Positions 26,537 to 28,136 of a stretch of 28,136 nt of DNA are shown here, piece by piece. The DNA comes from a virus. Its lineage: Duplodnaviria > Caudoviricetes. The stretch covers positions 1 to 28,136 of the IMG/VR virus record IMGVR_UViG_3300030110_003212; one strand, written 5' to 3'. Position numbers and translations under genes: made by a program. Numbering within the stretch: position 1 is the stretch's first letter; each line of letters begins with the position of its first letter. Under the pieces are notes generated by a model. It was not told where the DNA came from, made no database searches, and saw only the letters and a list, made by a program, of their open reading frames with translations.

Positions 26537-27049
26537 ATGAGAAAAATTACAGATATTATTATTCATTGTTCAGCTACTATTGAGGGTGTAAACGTTTCAG
26601 CAGCTACTATTGATATGTGGCATAGAAGAAGGGGGTTTAATTCTATTGGTTATCATTATGTAATAGCTATTGATGGAACTATTCAAAGTGGCAGGCCTGT
26701 TTCTATTGCTGGGGCTCATTGTGTACCTAATAGCAATTCTATTGGTATATGTTATATTGGGGGGTTAGATGCTAATAAAAAAGCTAAAGATACTAGAACT
26801 GAAAAGCAGAAAGCAGCATTAATTAAAATTCTTAGAACTTTAAAAAATATATTTCCTAAAGCTGCTATTCGTGGCCATAGAGATATGAGTAAAGATAAAG
26901 ATGGTGATGGTGTAGAAAAGCATGAATATATGAAAATGTGCCCATGTTATGATGCCGAATTAGAGTATTTAGAGCTTGGATTACAGCCTAAAGGTTTTAA
27001 AGCAAAATCAAAGGTTACTAAAGATAAAATGAAAAAAGATGAAAAATAG
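26537..27049 (+). CDS. Endolysin, N-acetylmuramoyl-L-alanine amidase (T7 lysozyme/Amidase_2); start revised to 26537
   Basis: IIIHCSAT, IGYHYVI, GAH, SIGICYIGG, GHRD, KMCP. Confidence 0.92.
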   Translation: MRKITDIIIHCSATIEGVNVSAATIDMWHRRRGFNSIGYHYVIAIDGTIQSGRPVSIAGAHCVPNSNSIGICYIGGLDANKKAKDTRTEKQKAALIKILRTLKNIFPKAAIRGHRDMSKDKDGDGVEKHEYMKMCPCYDAELEYLELGLQPKGFKAKSKVTKDKMKKDEK

Positions 27050-27218
27050 AATATTATCAAACTACGTTACAACAATTTTAGGAGTACTAATAATTATATT
27101 TTGTGCTGTTATGATGTTTTTAGAAAAAGCTAGTTCAACAGAATTAAGTGGATGGCTAGCACTTGGTATTATGTTTCTTAGATCAAAAGATAGTTTAATT
27201 GCACTTCCTAAAGAGTAG
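27039..27218 (+). CDS. Putative holin, 59 aa, two TM segments, not in ORF track
   Basis: MKNRILSNYVTTILGVLIIIFCAVMMFLEKASSTELSGWLALGIMFLRSKDSLIALPKE. Confidence 0.65.
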   Translation: MKNRILSNYVTTILGVLIIIFCAVMMFLEKASSTELSGWLALGIMFLRSKDSLIALPKE

Positions 27219-27630
27219 CATATTAATATTATTATTAGTTAGTTGTTCACCTCAGAAAAGGATGAATAAATTAATTAAAAAATTTCCACATTTAACTGAA
27301 ATTTCAATAGATACTATCAGAGTTATTGATACTTTTGTAATTGAACAATTCGATACTACATTAGTAAATAATTTTATTCAAAAAGATTGCGTTATAATTC
27401 TTAATACAGAAAGAATTAAACTTGCTTATCGTTATGATACTATAACAAATGAAATCATTCATACAGTTAAATTACCTAATGATACGATTATTAAGATTCA
27501 AAATGTACCAGTTGAGATTGAAAAGGTTATATATAAAGAAATATCCTTTTGGGAAAAATACCAAACTTTAATTTATATACTAATAGCTCTGTTTCTGCTA
27601 TTGGTTTTATATAAAAAACTTACTAAATAA
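27199..27630 (+). CDS. Putative unimolecular spanin (lipoprotein with C-terminal TM)
   Basis: Lipobox LVS-C16, beta-rich middle, C-terminal TM followed by KK; last gene of lysis cassette. Confidence 0.6.
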   Translation: MHFLKSSILILLLVSCSPQKRMNKLIKKFPHLTEISIDTIRVIDTFVIEQFDTTLVNNFIQKDCVIILNTERIKLAYRYDTITNEIIHTVKLPNDTIIKIQNVPVEIEKVIYKEISFWEKYQTLIYILIALFLLLVLYKKLTK

Positions 27631-27673
27631 TTCACTATTAACATTTTCTTGTTAATTATTTTTATAGATTTTC

Positions 27674-27704
27674 TTTGTATTATATAATATATATTATACA
27701 TTTA
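27674..27704 (+). promoter_or_regulatory. Putative early host-sigma promoter TTTG-N19-TACATTTA
   Basis: Near-consensus Bacteroidota -33/-7 elements, 4 nt before ATG 27709. Confidence 0.55.
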
Positions 27705-27708
27705 CAAT

Positions 27709-27864
27709 ATGAAAACAATATTAAACATTATAGAACAAGTAGAAAAAGGTAAAATTACTTCAGATGAATCTATTAAACTTATTAAAGAAATAGTTATAGA
27801 ACAGCAAGATGATGAACTACTTGATGATGAACTACTTGATTATGTATTTCCAACTAAAAAATAA
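27709..27864 (+). CDS. 51 aa early protein (MKTILNIIEQVEKGKITSDE...)
   Basis: Hand-translated; follows promoter. Confidence 0.6.
   Translation: MKTILNIIEQVEKGKITSDESIKLIKEIVIEQQDDELLDDELLDYVFPTKK
27808..27840 (+). repeat. 15-bp tandem duplication GATGATGAACTACTT x2 (DDELL x2)
   Basis: Exact in-frame duplication. Confidence 0.85.
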
Positions 27865-27868
27865 AACT

Positions 27869-27958
27869 ATGAAAAAAGAAATTTATAATACTTTAGGTTT
27901 AGTAGTTGCCTTTTACATAAGCTACTTAATAATAACTTATTTAATAATTAATATATAA
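27869..27958 (+). CDS. 29 aa single-TM peptide (MKKEIYNTLGLVVAFYISYLIITYLIINI)
   Basis: Fills the gap; hydrophobic. Confidence 0.45.
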   Translation: MKKEIYNTLGLVVAFYISYLIITYLIINI

Positions 27959-27962
27959 AAAG

Positions 27963-28136
27963 ATGAATAAATCATTTTACGTGGAAGAAAAAGATAGAGC
28001 TTTAATAGATGAATTTGTAGAAATTCACGAACTAAAGAAAAAAGAAACTAAAGAAAAAGGTGAATGTTTTAAAGATATAAACGTTTCTAAAACTCTTGTT
28101 AATTTTATAAAACAATATGTTAAACAACATAAAACA
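27963..28136 (+). CDS. 59 aa protein crossing the circular junction (stop at 104-106), possible ribbon-helix-helix regulator
   Basis: MNKSFYV strand plus helices ending VSKTLVNFIKQYVKQH; frame completed by bases at the window start. Confidence 0.55.
   Translation, partial: MNKSFYVEEKDRALIDEFVEIHELKKKETKEKGECFKDINVSKTLVNFIKQYVKQHKT
28037..28134. repeat. Terminal direct repeat, right copy
   Basis: Identical to 1-98. Confidence 0.95.

Noticed and set aside
1-28136. Alternative genetic code, tRNA genes, introns or inteins
   Set aside because: The standard code gives dense, coupled, uninterrupted genes; no cloverleaf or splicing signatures seen by eye.

Overview
The window appears to be a complete, circularly assembled ~28.0 kb genome of a small, AT-rich tailed (sipho-like) dsDNA phage, most likely infecting Bacteroidota/Flavobacteriia. 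Host evidence: TAnnTTTG -7 promoter boxes, A-rich starts lacking Shine-Dalgarno sequences, a DUF3127-like SSB and a Bacteroidota-style amidase. Bases 1-98 repeat at 28037-28134 and an ORF reads through the junction. All credible genes are on the + strand. Modules in order: early small genes, SSAP and SSB; replication initiator with internal iterons plus helicase; resolvase and two orphan DNA methyltransferases; a sigma-factor-like gene; terS/terL; tail genes including a -1 frameshifted chaperone; tape measure; prohead protease, scaffold, capsid and tail tube; portal and connector; LamG lectin protein; lysis cassette. I recognised no integrase, repressor, DNA polymerase, tRNA or CRISPR. Most notable: (i) a fixed-spacing TATAACA-N15-TACATTACTATT-ATG element at three late gene starts, probably a leaderless promoter for the phage sigma factor; (ii) two paralogous cargo-like proteins sharing an N-terminal leader with [VI]x[LF][AGS] sites also seen in protease, scaffold and portal, a possible capsid-targeting system, each gene bracketed by duplicated start-site sequence; (iii) both methyltransferases end in a QTxLF clamp-binding-like motif; (iv) a mini-protein ending like an RNR redox tail; (v) a u-spanin-like lipoprotein. 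Product calls come from motif recognition by eye, not database searches.
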